Source: Polyangiaceae bacterium (GTDB taxonomy: Bacteria > Myxococcota_A > Polyangia > Polyangiales > Polyangiaceae). From it: 64,000 nucleotides of DNA. Shown piece after piece: positions 61,801 to 64,000 of this stretch (positions are counted from its first letter, which is position 1; the number at the start of each line of letters is the position of its first letter). Location of the stretch: contig CBDCTZ010000014.1 in the NCBI GenBank assembly GCA_965222375.1, positions 352,001 through 416,000 of the forward strand. The letters run 5' to 3'. The notes below the pieces were generated by a model. It had not been told where the DNA came from and searched no databases. It was given only the letters and a program-made list of their open reading frames with translations. A program made the translations under genes and the position numbers.

Positions 61801-61856
61801 GTACTTTCCCTCGGGTCTTAGCCGAAAAATTTCCGAAGGTTCGCCGAAAATGTAGG

Positions 61857-61891
61857 CTGCAGTCCGCGGCCCGTCGCCTGCAGTCCGCGGC
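61857..61891. repeat. 14-bp tandem direct repeat ctgcagtccgcggc x2 (period 21), candidate enhancer
   Basis: Copies at 61857-61870 and 61878-61891, between two divergent sigma54 motifs. Confidence 0.75.
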
Positions 61892-61931
61892 GGATTGGCG
61901 CGATTTTCAACGACAAAAGCGCAAAAACTGC

Positions 61932-61948
61932 TCGGCACGCCTGTTGCA
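61932..61948 (+). promoter_or_regulatory. Putative sigma54 promoter for the DUF481 gene
   Basis: TCGGCACGCCTGTTGCA = GG-N10-GC, close to consensus; AAGGA RBS before ATG 62005. Confidence 0.75.
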
Positions 61949-62004
61949 TGACGCTGCCCCGAATCCGCTCCTGGCTGACCGCCCGATCTGAAAAGGACGA
62001 TTAG

Positions 62005-62898
62005 ATGACCACCAATCTTGCGACTTCGCTCGGTGTATTCGGCACCGCACTGCTGCTTGCCTCTGTTTCCAGCGCCCAAGAGCAGCCTGAAGGACTCATG
62101 AAACAGGATGCCGCTACCGGTGGATCCACAGATGTCGCCACTTCCGGATTCGAGGCACCCGTCGAAGCCGAGGACGAAGACGAAGACAAAGACACAGCGG
62201 AGGCCAACATCTCCGCGGGTGCGCTCATCACGACCGGCAATGCGCGCTCAACTGCCGCGACTGCCGCGGCCAAGTATCGCTTGCGTCGGGGCCCTAACCA
62301 GTTTTCGGCCGTCGCGGCGGCAAACTATGCTCGCGCTGCAGCAGACCCGGACTCGGACACGGAGACGACGGTCGAAAACTTCCAGGGCAAAGTGCGCTTC
62401 GACCGATTCGTCGCCGAGGGGGTCGCGCTCTTCCTCGCGATTTCTGGGCGACGGGATCGATTTCAGGGTCTGGATCTTCGTTTGAACGTCGACCCGGGCG
62501 TTGCCTACTACTTCATTGATGAGAAATCTCAGCAGCTCTGGGTCGAAGGTGGCTACGACCTTCAATACGACGTGCGCCGAGACGAAAACCTCGCGGCAGC
62601 AGCTGCAGCCGGCGAGAACCTGGACAAGACCGAGACCCGCCACAACGCCCGCCTGTTCGCTGGCTACGACAACAACGTCAGTGAGGATGTAAGCTTCAAT
62701 ACCGGCATCGAATACCTACAAGACGTGCAAGACACCGACAATGTTCGGCTGAACTGGGATGTGGGCCTCAGCTCCTCCGTCGGCAAGGGGTTCTCCCTAG
62801 CCACGACCTTCAGTTTGAAATACGACAACAACCCCCTACCTGGCGTTGAAAAAACGGACACGATCACCGCGATCAGCCTCGTTTACACGCTGCTCTAG
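62005..62898 (+). CDS. DUF481-family outer-membrane beta-barrel protein
   Basis: Signal peptide; TTGN, RDRFQGLDLR...GVAYYF, KYDNNP.PG..KTDT.T..SLVY. Confidence 0.85.
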   Translation: MTTNLATSLGVFGTALLLASVSSAQEQPEGLMKQDAATGGSTDVATSGFEAPVEAEDEDEDKDTAEANISAGALITTGNARSTAATAAAKYRLRRGPNQFSAVAAANYARAAADPDSDTETTVENFQGKVRFDRFVAEGVALFLAISGRRDRFQGLDLRLNVDPGVAYYFIDEKSQQLWVEGGYDLQYDVRRDENLAAAAAAGENLDKTETRHNARLFAGYDNNVSEDVSFNTGIEYLQDVQDTDNVRLNWDVGLSSSVGKGFSLATTFSLKYDNNPLPGVEKTDTITAISLVYTLL

Positions 62899-62921
62899 CC
62901 CGGAACAAGGGTGGGAGACAC

Positions 62922-63257
62922 GTGGTGGCCCAACTGATCCTTCGACCGCGCGTCGTGGTCCTCGAAGGGGATGCACGGCGCGCTAGGCGTATCACAAACC
63001 TGTTGGCACCCGTAGCCGAGCTTTCCGTCGCATACCATTTGGATGAAGCGGTTGCTGACTTCGATTCTGAACCGGACGCGGTTCTCGTGTGTCCGGGCTC
63101 TACCGCTGCGGAAGCGCGTGCGCGCCTTCCCAGGGCCAAGATCGTGACCCACTCTGGCGCGAGTGGCGCCACCGACGATCATCTGAACCTCAGCGTCTCC
63201 ACCGCGTCGCAGTTGGCAGGCGCCGTCATGCGCCTGTTTCGTCAGGTTCCTACTTGA
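62922..63257 (+). CDS. Small hypothetical protein, degenerate receiver-like fold
   Basis: RVVVLEGD...PDAVLV...KIVTHSG pattern without phospho-Asp or Lys; GGGAGA RBS. Confidence 0.45.
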   Translation: MVAQLILRPRVVVLEGDARRARRITNLLAPVAELSVAYHLDEAVADFDSEPDAVLVCPGSTAAEARARLPRAKIVTHSGASGATDDHLNLSVSTASQLAGAVMRLFRQVPT

Positions 63258-64000
63258 GCCCATGCTTTTGCAGTAGCTTGATCAGGTAGGAGCGATCCAT
63301 GCGCGCCACGCGCGCCGCTTGGGTTACGTTTCCGTCAGCTTTGTCAATCAGCTGGGTGCAGTAGCGCTGTTCGAAGTCGTTCAACACCACTTCCCGAGCA
63401 TCCTTGTACGGCAACCCAACTACGCGGTCCTGAATGCAGTCACCGCCCGCTGTCGGGGCCATGTCATCCAGCAGTTCAGGGGACTCTCCCATCGCCAGCG
63501 TTGCCTCGACCCAGTTGCGTAGTTCCCGCACGTTGCCGGGCCAGCGGTATGTCGATAGCGGGGCTAATACTTCCGTAGGAACGGCTTCCTCCACGGAGCC
63601 GTCGTGGCCCGCTTCGCGCAGAAAGTGTTCGACTAGAAGCGGGATGTCTTCTGTACGCTGCCGCAATGGTGGGATCTTCAGCACGACCACCGCGATGCGG
63701 TAGTATAAGTCGAGGCGGAACGTGCCCGCGTTGACCTCGCCACGGAGGTCCCGATTCGTTGCCGTTACCACGCGCACGTCCACGTCGATTTCGTTTCTTC
63801 CTCCAACTCGGCGGAAACGCCGACGCTCCAAGGCGCCCAAGAGCTGCGGTTGCAGCTCTGCCGGCAATTCCCCGATCTCGTCCAGAAACAGCGTGCCGCC
63901 GCTAGCGCGCTCGAAGGCGCCGATGTGCTGTCGATGTGCCCCGGTAAAAGCGCCTTTCTCGTGCCCAAACAACTCGCTGGCGATGAGCGCGGGCGCGAGG
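63250..64000 (-). CDS. Sigma54-dependent enhancer-binding protein (5'-truncated by window end)
   Basis: [50 protein letters not shown]; frame open to the window edge. Confidence 0.95.
   Translation of the reverse strand, partial: LAPALIASELFGHEKGAFTGAHRQHIGAFERASGGTLFLDEIGELPAELQPQLLGALERRRFRRVGGRNEIDVDVRVVTATNRDLRGEVNAGTFRLDLYYRIAVVVLKIPPLRQRTEDIPLLVEHFLREAGHDGSVEEAVPTEVLAPLSTYRWPGNVRELRNWVEATLAMGESPELLDDMAPTAGGDCIQDRVVGLPYKDAREVVLNDFEQRYCTQLIDKADGNVTQAARVARMDRSYLIKLLQKHGLK

Overview
High-GC chromosomal window from a myxobacterium (Myxococcota, probably Polyangia/Sorangium-like). The assignment rests on MYXO-CTERM sorting tails, PEGA/TPR proteins, Glt-like TPR/OMP genes, a kinase-sigma54 activator hybrid and several sigma54 activators. 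It holds about 50 CDSs: a partial ATP synthase operon (b', b, delta, alpha, gamma) followed by glmS, plus folK, gor, a ClpA/C ATPase, a Na/Pi transporter with PhoU, an RlmI-type methyltransferase, many envelope and lipoprotein genes, and a decayed FixL-like PAS kinase. The most unusual part is 8874-10754. There an intact IS110-family (IS1111-subgroup) element has sub-terminal inverted repeats, a CT core at both junctions, and an RBS-sequestering hairpin. Its 346-nt downstream non-coding region (candidate bridge/seek RNA) carries a perfect 24-nt duplication whose centre matches the element's own insertion flank. The IS sits inside an apparent ~265-bp MITE/REP-like host element. Other points of interest are a ~50-aa insertion in AtpA, a VKOR-DsbA/OmpA-like/TlpA operon, a Glt/Nfs-like cluster, several complete-looking sigma54 promoter architectures and recurrent leaderless starts. 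No rRNA, tRNA or CRISPR-cas was recognised. All calls come from motif recognition by eye; no database searches were run.
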